A DNA stretch of 64,000 bases, taken from Armatimonadota bacterium. Its GTDB lineage: Bacteria > Armatimonadota > UBA5829 > DSUL01. Numbering within the stretch: the first letter of the stretch is position 1; each line of letters starts with the position of its first letter. The notes beneath the pieces were generated by a model that saw only the letters and a list, made by a program, of their open reading frames with translations, made no database searches and was not told the origin of the DNA. The position numbers were made by a program, and so were the translations under genes. The stretch spans positions 1 to 64,000 of the forward strand of contig JBDHZC010000005.1 of assembly GCA_039811685.1 (NCBI GenBank), read 5' to 3'. Shown one piece after another: positions 26,521-37,107 of this stretch.

Positions 26521-29484
26521 ATGCTTCATGGAAGATGCTGGACGTTGTTTTGTGTCATCGCTGCGCTTACGGCGCCGCTGCTGCGCAGCGAAGCCGCCGG
26601 GGCTGAGGTGACTCAGGAAGCCGGCCAGCCGGAGGCGCGCTCTGTTGAACGGATGCAACCGGGCGACACGCAGGACGTGAGTGGCGTCTGGCTTTACAAG
26701 CCCGGCTATGCCCTGAGTCCGGGAGAGCGTCCCGAGCTCGCGCAGACGGCTCAGCAGGGATACTTCAAAGTGCCCGTGCCGCAGATGCTCAGCCGCGTGC
26801 GGTGGTGGCTGGACGATTCAAAGCTGTTTGATGAGTGGGAGTCGGCGCGCCTGAAGCGACTTGGTTTTGACACCGGCAGGGCCAGCGACGGCTGGTACCG
26901 CCTGTGGGTTGACGCGCCCAAAGACCTTTCTGGCCGCCGGGTGTGGGTGCGCTTCGACGGTGTCGCAATGAAGAGCGAAGTGTTCATCAACGGGCATCGG
27001 CTGGGCGCTCACGCCGGGATGTTCAGCCGCTTCGGCTACGATCTGACCAGGTATCTCAAGCCCGGGCGCAACCTGCTGGCGGTGTATGTCTCCATGGAGA
27101 ATCTGGACCCCGACCAGACACCGCTTGGCGTCGCGGTAAGCGTCAACCTCACTATGTCCAAGATCGTGAGTATGGACAAAGCGATGTTCGGGCCGCTGTC
27201 TCCGGTGGACGACAACCGCGCTTACGACCTGCATGGTATCTGGCAGCCCGTCAGCCTGCATGTCACAGGCTCTGCGAAGCTGGACGATGTCTGGTTTATA
27301 CCGTCCCTCACGGCCGCCGAGGTGCGCCTCACGGTATCCTCTGCGCACAGGCAGCCTCTCTTTGCGCGAGTGCGCTGGACAGACGCAAAGACAGGAAAGT
27401 TGCTGCATGATTCCGGATTGAAGCCCGTCTCGGACACGGGTACGATCAAAGCGGATGGTCTGAAGCCGCAGCTCTGGACGCCGGAGAAGCCGCATCTCTA
27501 CCAGATGGAGGTCACACTGCAGGACAGCGCTGGTCACAGGCTGGACGTCTGGCGTCAGAAGGTGGGCTTTCGCACGTTTGAGGTGCGCGGCAACCGCCTC
27601 TATCTCAACGGCCGCCCGTACTGGCTGCGGGGCGCCGATCAGCTACCGTACGGCAAGAACCCGTGGGACCCAAAGCTGGCCCGAGAGCTTATTGGGCTTG
27701 CGCATGAGGGCAACACAACTGTTACGCGCACCCACTGCACGCCCTGGAACGAGGCCTGGCTGAATACGGCGGATGAGATCGGTCTGGGCGTCAGCATCGA
27801 AGGCATGCGCCCGTGGGCGTTGATGGGCAAGGTCCCTGGGCCCCCGCCCGCTATGATCGCGCACTGGAAGATGGAGAACGAAGACGTCGTCCGGCGCTGT
27901 CGCAACCATCCCAGCGTGCTTATGTACACGGTGGGCAATGAGATGCTTCTGCGCGACGATAGAAACGTGGAGAAGTGGAAGATTCTCTCTGATGTGGTAA
28001 AGCAGACGCGCGCGCTTGACCCGACCCGCCCGGTTATCGCCAACTCCGGCTTCAACAGGCAGCGGGCGTTCTACGAAAAGGAACTCAGACCGGCTGGCGT
28101 GGATGACGGGGATATGGACGACCTGCACAGCTACCGCGGCTGGTATGCCGGATCTCCGTTCGTTCAGGATACGTCCTGGATTGCAAAGCAGTGTGACTAC
28201 ATCCATACGCGCCCTGTCATCGGACAGGAGATATCCTCTGGCTATCCGGATCTGGACACAGGACTGCCGGTGGAGAAGTACATTGATCTCAAGGTGCCCC
28301 AGGCCTGGATTGGGCCGGATGGCGAGCGCGGAGGTGATCCGGACGTCTTTCTGGAGCATCAGCGCGCTGTCACCAAGCGCCTCGCCGAGCAGCTTCGCTA
28401 CGAGCGAAAGGACCTGACAGCGGGTTTCATGCTTTTCTCCAGCGAGACCTGGTTCCGCAACAGCTACAACCCGGACACAGTAAAGCCCTATCCGGTGTAC
28501 GAAGCTGTCAAGATGGCGTTCGCGCCGGTTGGGCTTGCGCTGGAAACACCCAACCGCCGTTTCTACGCCGGCAGTGCGTTTGCGACGGCTGTTTTCATCA
28601 CTAACGATCAGGAGGACCTGGCTGGTCCGCTCACACTGAGGGTGGAGCTGCTTGATTCAGACAGTCGTGTGCTGGGCGGCGGCGCGGAAGCATCAGTGGC
28701 GGCCGTTAAGTATTTGCAGACTCTGCGTGTGCCGGTGACAGTTCGTATCCCGGCGGTCTCCGGACGCCGGAAGGCTGTGCTGCGGGTGCGCTTGCTCTCC
28801 GGCAATCGCGAAGTGAGCCGCACGGAAGACTTTGTTGAGCTGTCCAGCCGGAACTGGGCCGAGGAGCCGTTGAAGCAGGTGCCTTCCGGCGCTGTGGCAA
28901 CGCAGAGTCTGGTGCAGGCTCTGGCGAGTGAGCTTTCGGCGTGGCCTCTGGACGCTGGAAAAGAGAACGCCCCTTTGCCCGCCTCTGCGCGCGTTGTTCT
29001 CACCGGAGGCAATGACGGGACGCTTGAGGAGCGCATGCCTGCGCTGCGGCGCTTCGCAGAAGCGGGTGGCACGGTGATTCTGCTGAATACGGGAGTTGCC
29101 GCAGAGAGGATTTTTCCCGAGAACATAGCGCGGTCACGTGAAGTGGTCGGGGAGTATGTGGACATCTCCGCCATGCCTCAGAAGCTGCGTGGGCCGCTGG
29201 AGAAGATGGACGCCAAGTGGTGGGCGCGCGGTGACGGCAGGGCCTTTGTCATCAGCGCGACGCACAATCTCAAAGGTGATACGCGCGCCCTGGCCGCGCA
29301 TATTATCGTTCATGGCTACGTCGATCCGTCCAAACTTGCGGACTACAATACCTCGCCGCTGGTGGAGATTCCGGCTGGCAAGGGGCGCTTTGTGTTGAGT
29401 GAGTTTGACTTCACGGCTTCCCTGCCCTGGGACCCGGTCGCGCGGCGTCTGCTGGCGCAGCTGCTGGTATGGGCAGTTGAATAG
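26521..29484 (+). CDS. Secreted glycoside hydrolase family 2
   Basis: Signal peptide; 'VRFDGV', 'LWTPEKPHLY', 'GFRTFEV', 'RNHPSVLMYTVGNE', 'LDPTRP'. Confidence 0.9.
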   Translation: MLHGRCWTLFCVIAALTAPLLRSEAAGAEVTQEAGQPEARSVERMQPGDTQDVSGVWLYKPGYALSPGERPELAQTAQQGYFKVPVPQMLSRVRWWLDDSKLFDEWESARLKRLGFDTGRASDGWYRLWVDAPKDLSGRRVWVRFDGVAMKSEVFINGHRLGAHAGMFSRFGYDLTRYLKPGRNLLAVYVSMENLDPDQTPLGVAVSVNLTMSKIVSMDKAMFGPLSPVDDNRAYDLHGIWQPVSLHVTGSAKLDDVWFIPSLTAAEVRLTVSSAHRQPLFARVRWTDAKTGKLLHDSGLKPVSDTGTIKADGLKPQLWTPEKPHLYQMEVTLQDSAGHRLDVWRQKVGFRTFEVRGNRLYLNGRPYWLRGADQLPYGKNPWDPKLARELIGLAHEGNTTVTRTHCTPWNEAWLNTADEIGLGVSIEGMRPWALMGKVPGPPPAMIAHWKMENEDVVRRCRNHPSVLMYTVGNEMLLRDDRNVEKWKILSDVVKQTRALDPTRPVIANSGFNRQRAFYEKELRPAGVDDGDMDDLHSYRGWYAGSPFVQDTSWIAKQCDYIHTRPVIGQEISSGYPDLDTGLPVEKYIDLKVPQAWIGPDGERGGDPDVFLEHQRAVTKRLAEQLRYERKDLTAGFMLFSSETWFRNSYNPDTVKPYPVYEAVKMAFAPVGLALETPNRRFYAGSAFATAVFITNDQEDLAGPLTLRVELLDSDSRVLGGGAEASVAAVKYLQTLRVPVTVRIPAVSGRRKAVLRVRLLSGNREVSRTEDFVELSSRNWAEEPLKQVPSGAVATQSLVQALASELSAWPLDAGKENAPLPASARVVLTGGNDGTLEERMPALRRFAEAGGTVILLNTGVAAERIFPENIARSREVVGEYVDISAMPQKLRGPLEKMDAKWWARGDGRAFVISATHNLKGDTRALAAHIIVHGYVDPSKLADYNTSPLVEIPAGKGRFVLSEFDFTASLPWDPVARRLLAQLLVWAVE

Positions 29485-29647
29485 ACGCTGGATTGCCGCT
29501 CTGTTGTGACGTGAACCGATTCGGTCGCGAGCGGCCAGCGCCACGCCTCGTCCGGCCGTTTGAGACCGGGCCTTGAGTGAAGAAATGCGCCCGGGAATCC
29601 GACACAGTAGGTGAGAGTCTTGCAAGGATGGGTAAAATATCGCTGAA

Positions 29648-30919
29648 GTGACATCTCACGCAACTCCTGGCGGAACTACAACCTACCATCGTGCTGCGCT
29701 GCCGTCTCTGCCTCCGTTTGACCGGATTTTGGCTGAGAGTAATGGGGCGTCATCGCACTGTGTGCAGTTCTACGAGAACGATGGCTACCTCGTGCGCTCG
29801 GTCGCGCAGTTTGTGCGCGAAGGGCTGGTATGTGGCGACTACACGGCTATCGTCGTGACTGCAGCGCACAAGCGGGCCATCGAGCGCGAGCTCAAACGCG
29901 ACGGGCTGGACCTGGAGCGCTTCAAGAAGCAAGGCCGCTATGTGGCGGTAGATGCCGCGCAGTGTCTTCTGACACTCACGGAAAACGGCCAGTTCGACAT
30001 GGCCAAAGCTGAAGAGTTGGTCACGCAGGTATTTGCCAGTGTCCCGGCCGGGAGTTGTCTGCGGTCTTTTGGAGAGATGGTCGCGCTGATGTGCGAAAGC
30101 GGACTCACTGCGGAGGCGATCCAGGTTGAGGCGTTGTGGGAGAGAGCTTCCCGTGAGCGAAAGTGTCATCTCCTGTGCGGTTACTCTATAGACTCTTTCC
30201 CCGGCGCCGCGCACACGGCTTCATTTTCCGGCATCTGTTCGCATCACAGCCACGTGATCCCATCAGAGAGTTTCTGTGGTTTATCTGACACTTCGGACCA
30301 GCTCCGCTGCATAGCGCTCCTTCAACAGAAGGCCCGATCTCTGGAGGCTGAAATCGCTCAGCGCAACCTCCTGCTCGACGAGGTGCGCCTGGCTGCCGAG
30401 CGCGAACGCTCGTTTCTTTGCGATGTCCTGACGGCGTTTACAGACGGCCGAGTGCAGCTTTGCGACGACCAGCGGAGCCTTCCAGCAGAGTTACCCTGCT
30501 GCGTTGAGCGTATGACGCTGGAGGCGGACACACTCTGGCTCATGCGGCGCAGTATAGAGAATGCAGCCGCAGATCTGGATTTCCCTATGGAGAGGTGGGC
30601 AGACCTGGTAATGGCAGCCAGCGAAGCCGCTATGAACGCTGTCACTCACGCCTGTAAGGGGCAGGCGGTAGTGTCTTCAGACGGAGGCGGCACAATTCAG
30701 GTGCGAATCTGTGACTGCGGCAAGGGAATTGCGCGCGAGTGCCTTCACCGGGCTACTCTTCAGCGCGGTTTCACGACGACTGGCACAATGGGACACGGGT
30801 TCTGGATTATGTTCAAGACCGCTGATCGCATCTGGATGTGTACAGGACCACAGGGCACAACAGTAGTGATGGAGCAGGACCGTGTCGCTCCGCTGGCGCC
30901 CTGGCTGCAGGAGCTCTAG
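29648..30919 (+). CDS. MEDS sensor + RsbW-like HATPase (anti-sigma/kinase) protein
   Basis: MEDS 'HCVQFY', 'FGEMVALM', 'EALW', 'LLCGY'; HATPase 'SEAAMNAVTHA', 'DCGKGI', 'GHGF', 'GTTV'. Confidence 0.8.
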   Translation: MTSHATPGGTTTYHRAALPSLPPFDRILAESNGASSHCVQFYENDGYLVRSVAQFVREGLVCGDYTAIVVTAAHKRAIERELKRDGLDLERFKKQGRYVAVDAAQCLLTLTENGQFDMAKAEELVTQVFASVPAGSCLRSFGEMVALMCESGLTAEAIQVEALWERASRERKCHLLCGYSIDSFPGAAHTASFSGICSHHSHVIPSESFCGLSDTSDQLRCIALLQQKARSLEAEIAQRNLLLDEVRLAAERERSFLCDVLTAFTDGRVQLCDDQRSLPAELPCCVERMTLEADTLWLMRRSIENAAADLDFPMERWADLVMAASEAAMNAVTHACKGQAVVSSDGGGTIQVRICDCGKGIARECLHRATLQRGFTTTGTMGHGFWIMFKTADRIWMCTGPQGTTVVMEQDRVAPLAPWLQEL

Positions 30920-31692
30920 AACCCGATACTCACGCCGCCGTCCACCGGCAGTGCGACACCCGTTAGAAAGCGGGCTGCCGGAGAGCTCAGATACACCGCA
31001 GCATACGCGACATCTTTTGCGTCACCCATTTTCCCCAGTGGGGTGCGGCTCAGAATCTTCTCCCGCCGCTTTGGATCGCCGTTCAGAGCTCCGCGGCTCA
31101 TGTCCGTCTCAATCCATCCCGGACAGATCGCATTCACGCGCACACCTTCTGGCGACATCTCCGTTGCAAGCGCGCGTGTCAGGCCGAGCAGAGCGCCTTT
31201 TGCGGCAGTGTAGGCCGAAACTTGCGGAATCCCGAACAGCGCCGCCATCGACAAAATCATGAGAATTGAGCCCTCACCACGCTCCATCATTCTGCGTCCG
31301 CACTCACGGCTGATCGCAAACGCGCCGTTGAGATGTGTCTGGAGCACCTGCGCGAACTCCGCGTCTGAAGTGTCCACAGCCTTCTTTTTGATATGAATAC
31401 CAGCGTTGTTGACCAGAATGCTGAGCGGCCCGTGCTGGCGTTCGATGTCTTCGATAAGCGGCCCGGTTGTGTCCAGTTGCGTGATATCGTGCCGCACGAA
31501 AAACGCGGAATCTCCTATCTCAGCGCAGGCCTGTTTCAGCACGTCCTCCCGGCGGCCTGTTATCACAACGCGCGCGCCGGCTTCTGCCATGGCGCGCGAC
31601 ATGGCCAGGCCAAGCCCCGAGCCTCCTCCAGTAATGAGCGCAAGCTGACCGTCCAGCCTGAAAAGATCACTCGACAACTGTTCCCCCTTCAA
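30916..31692 (-). CDS. SDR oxidoreductase (gluconate 5-dehydrogenase/KduD-like)
   Basis: 'TGGGSGLG', 'NNAG', 'YTAAK', 'PVDGG'; overlaps the uxuA 3' end. Confidence 0.88.
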   Translation of the reverse strand: MKGEQLSSDLFRLDGQLALITGGGSGLGLAMSRAMAEAGARVVITGRREDVLKQACAEIGDSAFFVRHDITQLDTTGPLIEDIERQHGPLSILVNNAGIHIKKKAVDTSDAEFAQVLQTHLNGAFAISRECGRRMMERGEGSILMILSMAALFGIPQVSAYTAAKGALLGLTRALATEMSPEGVRVNAICPGWIETDMSRGALNGDPKRREKILSRTPLGKMGDAKDVAYAAVYLSSPAARFLTGVALPVDGGVSIGF

Positions 31693-32761
31693 TCACTGCG
31701 AGAGCGGCTTTGATGTAGCCAAGAGCATAAGCCATCCCCGCATGCCACGGCGCATCGCAGGTCATCTGCGGCGTGTGGTCTGGAATAATGACTCCCTCGT
31801 AGGAGTTGTTGTGCAGAATCCGCAGGGCGCGGATCATGTCAACGTCTCCTTCGTCAATAAAAACCTCATGATAATTCGGGACTTTGCCCCGGATATTGCG
31901 CAGATGCACGTAAAAGATGCGCCCGCTTGCGCTGTAGCGATCGATGACGTCGTAAATGTCCCCGTCCGCCATCTCCGCCAGAGTGCCAATACAAAACTCC
32001 ATTCCACTGTTGGCGCTCGGTTTGAGGTCTAACAGGCGCTGATACATCTGCGGTTGATAGACCAGCCGAGGGAGCCCGCGCAGTGTGGGCATGGGCGGGT
32101 CATCAGGATGCAGCGCCAGCCGGACTCCCGATTCTTCCGCAACCGGCACTACCGCGTCCAGAAAGTCTTTCAGTCGCCCCCAGAGCTCGTCATGCGAGAT
32201 AGCGCGGACGTGTCCTTTTCGACCCTGCGGATCGAAAACTTCGCTGTCATAGACCATGTTCCAGATCATCCCACTCGGAACAGGCGTCTGTTGTGGTCCT
32301 TCATCTCCGAGAAATCCCACTGAGAGGGCCTCACCGCGCGCATAGGGTCCTTCGACGTGCCCCCACACGCCAGCCAGACTGAAGTTGTAGCCCATAATCC
32401 CGATTCCGGCGCGCCCGATGTTTCGTATCAGCGTCTTGACGTTCTCCAACTGCTGCGCTTTGCGCGGTCCATCCAGCAGAACGTCATACCAATGGGCGGG
32501 GTCAAAGTTTTCGAGGGCTGCAAGCTCCAGCCCCTCTTCGTTCACAGCTTTGCGAAGATCCCGCAGCTCTTCGAAGCTCCACAGACGCTCTGGATCGCCG
32601 GCCTCACCCCAGCCAGCGTCGAAAGACTGCGCTGTGGGAATACGCGGCGTCTTAAAATAGTCGGTCATGTGCGCTACTATGTCCGTGGCGCCCGCCTGCT
32701 TTGCAAAGCGGAAGTTGTCTGCCGTCAGCATGTGACGGTACAGCCCGAGTCCAGGTCTCAT
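31667..32761 (-). CDS. uxuA: Mannonate dehydratase
   Basis: 'YNF', 'PVAEESGVRLALHPDDPP', 'FCIGT', 'HLRN', 'PDHTP', 'ALGYIKA'. Confidence 0.88.
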   Translation of the reverse strand: MRPGLGLYRHMLTADNFRFAKQAGATDIVAHMTDYFKTPRIPTAQSFDAGWGEAGDPERLWSFEELRDLRKAVNEEGLELAALENFDPAHWYDVLLDGPRKAQQLENVKTLIRNIGRAGIGIMGYNFSLAGVWGHVEGPYARGEALSVGFLGDEGPQQTPVPSGMIWNMVYDSEVFDPQGRKGHVRAISHDELWGRLKDFLDAVVPVAEESGVRLALHPDDPPMPTLRGLPRLVYQPQMYQRLLDLKPSANSGMEFCIGTLAEMADGDIYDVIDRYSASGRIFYVHLRNIRGKVPNYHEVFIDEGDVDMIRALRILHNNSYEGVIIPDHTPQMTCDAPWHAGMAYALGYIKAALAVIEGGTVVE

Positions 32762-33075
32762 CCTGCTATCGTCTCCAAAAGGGCGGGGTAGTGTCCGATA
32801 CGGCGAAAACGCTTCGTCCGCACAGCCAGAGCTCAGAGCCCGGCGGCCGGTCCTCAGGCTCCTGCGCCGTTGATTCCCTCTATAAGAGTACCAGATTCCG
32901 CGCGTTTTGAACAGGGTACACGTTTAACCAGTGCGCGCACTGCTCTGCAATCGCTCGACACGCGCTTTTTGCCTCTCAGGGTGTACGCTCTGAGATACAG
33001 CGCTTCAGCTTACAGGATCGCAACACGAGCGCAGGGAGTGCGCCATCAGGCGGTGAAAGGTATCCTGACAGCCCA

Positions 33076-34839
33076 GTGAAACAGCGCATCGACAGCAGGA
33101 CGACTTCAAAAAAAGCTGCACTTCAGAGTATCCGGCGTTTGCTCCCGTATATTTTGTCCTACCGCGGGGCGATCGCAGTGGGTTTTTGTGTTCTGTTGGT
33201 GCAGATCGTGGTGGAGCTTTTTCCCCCGATCGTGTGGAAGTACGTCGTTGACGTGTTTCTGCGCACCGGCAGGGTTTCCCAGCTCATCGGCGCGCTGGTC
33301 GTGCTCGCAGTGGCTTATGCGCTGGGGGCGGGGCTCAACGGCGTTCGTCTCTACTTCCTCACAAAAGCCGCGCAGGGCTTCATCTACGACCTGCGGCGGG
33401 CCATCTACACCCAGCTTCAGGCACAGCCGCTCAGTTATTTTCAGAACAGGCGCACGGGGGATCTGCTCTCTCGCGTCGTCAGTGACGTTGACGCAGTTCA
33501 GGAGGTGCTGATCACCGGCGCGGACCTGGTGCTGGCAAGCGGCCTGCGCGTGGTCGGCGTTGCCGTGGTGTTCATCTGGCTGCAGCCCGTGCTGGGGCTG
33601 TTTACTGTTATGCCGATGGTAGCAGTCGCCGCTACCATGGGCTACTATAACAGGATCGTCAAGCCCATCTACAGGCGCACACGCGATGAGCTTGGCGAAG
33701 TGACCGCCAAGCTCCAGGACAATCTCATGGGTATCTCGGTCATCAAGTCCTTTGCCCGGGAAGACTATGAGGAAGAGCAGTTCGCGGATGCTGCGCGCGC
33801 CTACTATGACGCCAACATCGCGGGTATTGGCGTGCGTTCGCGCTACTATCCGGTTGTGCGCTTTGTCGCCAACACCGGGCAAATCGTTATGCTCGGACTT
33901 GGAGCGTGGATGATCCACATGGGTCGCTTCAGCATAGGCGGGCTGGTCGCTTACCGGGGTTACGGGCGCTACTTCTACGGCCCGATAGACGATTTGATGA
34001 GCGTCAACGACATGGTGCAGCGCGCCTCCGCTGCCAGCGAGCGCATTTTTGAAGTGCTGGATCAGGCGCCGGCGGTTCAGGATCGCACGGATGCCATAGA
34101 GATGCCACCTATCCGGGGCGATGTTGAGTTCCGGGACGTGACATTCTCCTATGGCTCGCGAACCACCGTGCTAAGCTCTATCAATCTGAAGGTGCAGGCG
34201 GGGCAGACAGTTGGCTTTTTCGGCCCGAGCGGCATCGGAAAAACGACTATGCTCAATCTGATCCCGCGCTTCTACGATCCTGCCAGGGGTGCGGTGTTCA
34301 TTGACGGCATTGACGTGCGCGCTGTCACGCAGGTCTCCCTGCGCAAGCAGATCGGGATTGTTCAGCAGGAGACGTTCCTGTTCAACGGGACAATTATAGA
34401 AAATATCCGCTACGGACGCCTGGACGCGACGGACGAGCAGGTGCGCCACGCGGCTCAGTTAGCCCATGCGGATGCGTTTATCTCGGCGCTTCCAGATGGC
34501 TATTTTACGGAGATCGGTGAGCGGGGCGCCAGGCTAAGTGGTGGCCAGAAGCAGCGGCTGTCCATCGCGCGCTGTTTTCTTGCGGATCCGGCCATCATGC
34601 TGATGGACGAGCCAACCTCCGCTGTTGAACCGGACTCGGAGCGGGCGATAATAGAAGCTTTGCAGTCTCTGGCGCAGGGCCGCACAACCTTCATCGTCAG
34701 CCACCGCCTGAGTCTTCTGCGGCAGGCTGATCTGATTGTCTCGCTGGTTGAGGGCAGAATCGAGCGCGTGGGGACCCATGAAGAGCTGCTGGCTGAGGGT
34801 GGAGCGTACGCGCGGGCGTGGCAGCTTTCGGAGGCGTGA
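33076..34839 (+). CDS. ABC exporter, fused permease/ATPase (MsbA-like)
   Basis: TM domain; Walker A GPSGIGKT; LSGGQ; 'MDEPTS'. Confidence 0.92.
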   Translation: MKQRIDSRTTSKKAALQSIRRLLPYILSYRGAIAVGFCVLLVQIVVELFPPIVWKYVVDVFLRTGRVSQLIGALVVLAVAYALGAGLNGVRLYFLTKAAQGFIYDLRRAIYTQLQAQPLSYFQNRRTGDLLSRVVSDVDAVQEVLITGADLVLASGLRVVGVAVVFIWLQPVLGLFTVMPMVAVAATMGYYNRIVKPIYRRTRDELGEVTAKLQDNLMGISVIKSFAREDYEEEQFADAARAYYDANIAGIGVRSRYYPVVRFVANTGQIVMLGLGAWMIHMGRFSIGGLVAYRGYGRYFYGPIDDLMSVNDMVQRASAASERIFEVLDQAPAVQDRTDAIEMPPIRGDVEFRDVTFSYGSRTTVLSSINLKVQAGQTVGFFGPSGIGKTTMLNLIPRFYDPARGAVFIDGIDVRAVTQVSLRKQIGIVQQETFLFNGTIIENIRYGRLDATDEQVRHAAQLAHADAFISALPDGYFTEIGERGARLSGGQKQRLSIARCFLADPAIMLMDEPTSAVEPDSERAIIEALQSLAQGRTTFIVSHRLSLLRQADLIVSLVEGRIERVGTHEELLAEGGAYARAWQLSEA

Positions 34840-34861
34840 AGCGACAGGAAGGTGTGCGGGA

Positions 34862-35689
34862 ATGAGCTGGTTGAGTCTTCTTTTGGTAGGTATCGCTGCT
34901 GTGTCACTGAGTGCTGGTGGCTCTGTTGAGCGTCCGGAGATCATCGCTCATCGAGGCGCGAGCCACGATGCGCCTGAGAACACGATTGCCGCCATAAAGC
35001 TGGCCTGGAAACAAAACGCGAACGCTGTGGAGATTGACATCTGGCAAAGCGCGGACGGCCGCATACTTATCAGCCATGACCGGAGCACAAAGCGCATAAC
35101 AGGGGTGGATATGGATATCCCTGAGACTTCCTCTGATGAACTGCGCAAACTTGACGCCGGGGCTTTCAAAGGAGAGGCGTTTCGCGGTGAAAAGCTGCCG
35201 TTTCTCGAAGAAGTAATTGATGCGCTACCGCCCCGCAAGAAACTCTATGTTGAGGTCAAGAGCGGGCCTGAGGTGTTGCCCGAGTTGAAAAAGACTATTG
35301 ATTCCTCCCGGAAGCGCAAGCAGATTGTCATCATTGGCTTTGACCTGCAGACAATGACACGCGCAAAGAAACTCCTGCCCCAAACGCCGGTCTTCTGGCT
35401 CAGAGGAGCGGTCAAAGACGCTTCTTCGGGCAAAGTTGTCCCGTTTGGAGAGGAGGTTGTGCGCCAGACCCGGGAAAACGGACTTGACGGGGTGGATTTG
35501 CAGAGTCCAGGTATCAGCGCTGACACAGTGCGGATCGCGCAGGCTTCGGGTCTGAATGTGGTTGCGTGGACAGTGGACGATCCACAGGAAGCGCTGCGCC
35601 TGTCGGAGATTGGCGTCAAAGGCATCACAACCAACCGCCCTGCGCTGCTTCTGAAGGCGCTGGCAGAGGCGACTTCTGCGCGTCCGTGA
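34862..35689 (+). CDS. Glycerophosphodiester phosphodiesterase
   Basis: Signal peptide; 'IAHRGAS..APENT', 'EIDI', 'HD', 'WTVD', 'ITTNRP'. Confidence 0.92.
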   Translation: MSWLSLLLVGIAAVSLSAGGSVERPEIIAHRGASHDAPENTIAAIKLAWKQNANAVEIDIWQSADGRILISHDRSTKRITGVDMDIPETSSDELRKLDAGAFKGEAFRGEKLPFLEEVIDALPPRKKLYVEVKSGPEVLPELKKTIDSSRKRKQIVIIGFDLQTMTRAKKLLPQTPVFWLRGAVKDASSGKVVPFGEEVVRQTRENGLDGVDLQSPGISADTVRIAQASGLNVVAWTVDDPQEALRLSEIGVKGITTNRPALLLKALAEATSARP

Positions 35690-35750
35690 TTTTGGAGGAG
35701 CCCACCGTTGGACCTGGCAAAGGCCGCGCTGGTAGCGGCTGGCAGCGCGC

Positions 35751-36407
35751 GTGAAAAATAGCGCACTATCTCATTCGGGCGAAGCGCAGGTGCGCCTGGT
35801 CGCTGAGGGTCTCGGACGCAGCTTTGGCGCCCGGCGCGTTTTGCGCGATGTGTCCTTTGAGCTTGGCGCCGGTGAAGTGGTGGCGATCTGCGGGGCGAAC
35901 GGCTCCGGCAAATCTACTTTGATCCGGATGCTGGCCGGGCTGCTGATGCCTTCAGCTGGCCAGACATGGCTGGAGATTGCGGGAAGGTGGCTGGGCGCGC
36001 AGGAACGCCGGAGCGCTTCGGCGCTTGCTGCGCCGGGTATTCAACCGTATCTGCATCTGAGCTTTACAGAGAACCTCCAGTTTTTCACGCAGGGCCGGGG
36101 ACAGAGCTGCAATGCTGAAGAGCTGGCCGAGCTGGTAGGTCTCTCGGGCAGGCAAAGCGACCTGGTCGAGTCGTATTCGAGTGGCATGGTTCAGCGAGTG
36201 CGCCTGGCGCTGGCACTCAGCGCGGAGCCTGTGGCCTTGTTTCTGGATGAACCGACGCAGTTTCTGGACGCCTCCGGGCGTGATATTGTCGCAGAGATTG
36301 TGCGCAGACAGCGGCTTCGCGGGCTGACTGTCATCGCGACGAACGATGAGTTTGACGCTTCACTGGCGGACCGGACGCTTACACTGACAACGGGCAGGCC
36401 CACTTGA
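35751..36407 (+). CDS. ccmA: Heme ABC exporter ATPase CcmA
   Basis: GANGSGKS, YSSGM, LDEP; first gene of the ccm cluster. Confidence 0.85.
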   Translation: MKNSALSHSGEAQVRLVAEGLGRSFGARRVLRDVSFELGAGEVVAICGANGSGKSTLIRMLAGLLMPSAGQTWLEIAGRWLGAQERRSASALAAPGIQPYLHLSFTENLQFFTQGRGQSCNAEELAELVGLSGRQSDLVESYSSGMVQRVRLALALSAEPVALFLDEPTQFLDASGRDIVAEIVRRQRLRGLTVIATNDEFDASLADRTLTLTTGRPT

Positions 36408-37078
36408 GGAGTGTCGTCCGCGGGGCGTGGGCTGTGCTTCTCAAAGATTTCCGCAGCGAGTTTCGCACGCGCTACGCTTTGAGCGCCATTGCGCTGTTCG
36501 CTCTAACCTCGATAGCGGCTCTGAGCTTTGTACTGCGCGGACAGGCGATGCAGCCCGAGGAGTCTGCCGGGCTCTCGTGGATAATCGTCTTTTTCGCTGC
36601 GGTTACGGGGCTGGCGCGTCCGTTTGTGCAGGAAGCGGAAAGTGGCACAGAGCTGCTGTTGCGTCAGGCGGCGACGTCAGAAGCTGTGTGGCTGGGAAAG
36701 TTTCTGTTCAGTCTGGTCTTGATGCTGGGGCTGGAGGCTATCATCTTTCCTGTGTACAGCGCGCTGATGAACGCTCCAGTCGTGCGCGTGTGGTACCTGG
36801 CCCTAGTGGCGGCGCTTGGGGCGGTGTGCCTGTCTGCGGCGACCACCCTGATTGCGGCTCTGGTGTGCAAGGCGCGCGCCCGGGCTACTGTGTTTGCTGT
36901 GGCCGCGCTGCCCGTTATGCTGCCGGCGCTGGTTTTTCTGGTTCAGGCGTCTGGCTCTGCCTTTGGCGCTGGGGATGCGGGCGGTGAGTCAGCTTCGGCG
37001 CTTCGTCTGGTGGTCAGCTACAGCGGCATCCTGATAGTCTTATCCTGGCTGCTCTTTCCGCTGGTGTGGGAAGAATAG
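36404..37078 (+). CDS. ccmB: Heme exporter permease CcmB
   Basis: 'KDFRSEFRT', 'FVQEAESGT', 'GK', multiple TM helices, ends 'WEE'. Confidence 0.87.
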   Translation: MRSVVRGAWAVLLKDFRSEFRTRYALSAIALFALTSIAALSFVLRGQAMQPEESAGLSWIIVFFAAVTGLARPFVQEAESGTELLLRQAATSEAVWLGKFLFSLVLMLGLEAIIFPVYSALMNAPVVRVWYLALVAALGAVCLSAATTLIAALVCKARARATVFAVAALPVMLPALVFLVQASGSAFGAGDAGGESASALRLVVSYSGILIVLSWLLFPLVWEE

Positions 37079-37107
37079 GTGCGCAGGCCTCAGAAAGAAT
37101 AGAAAAT

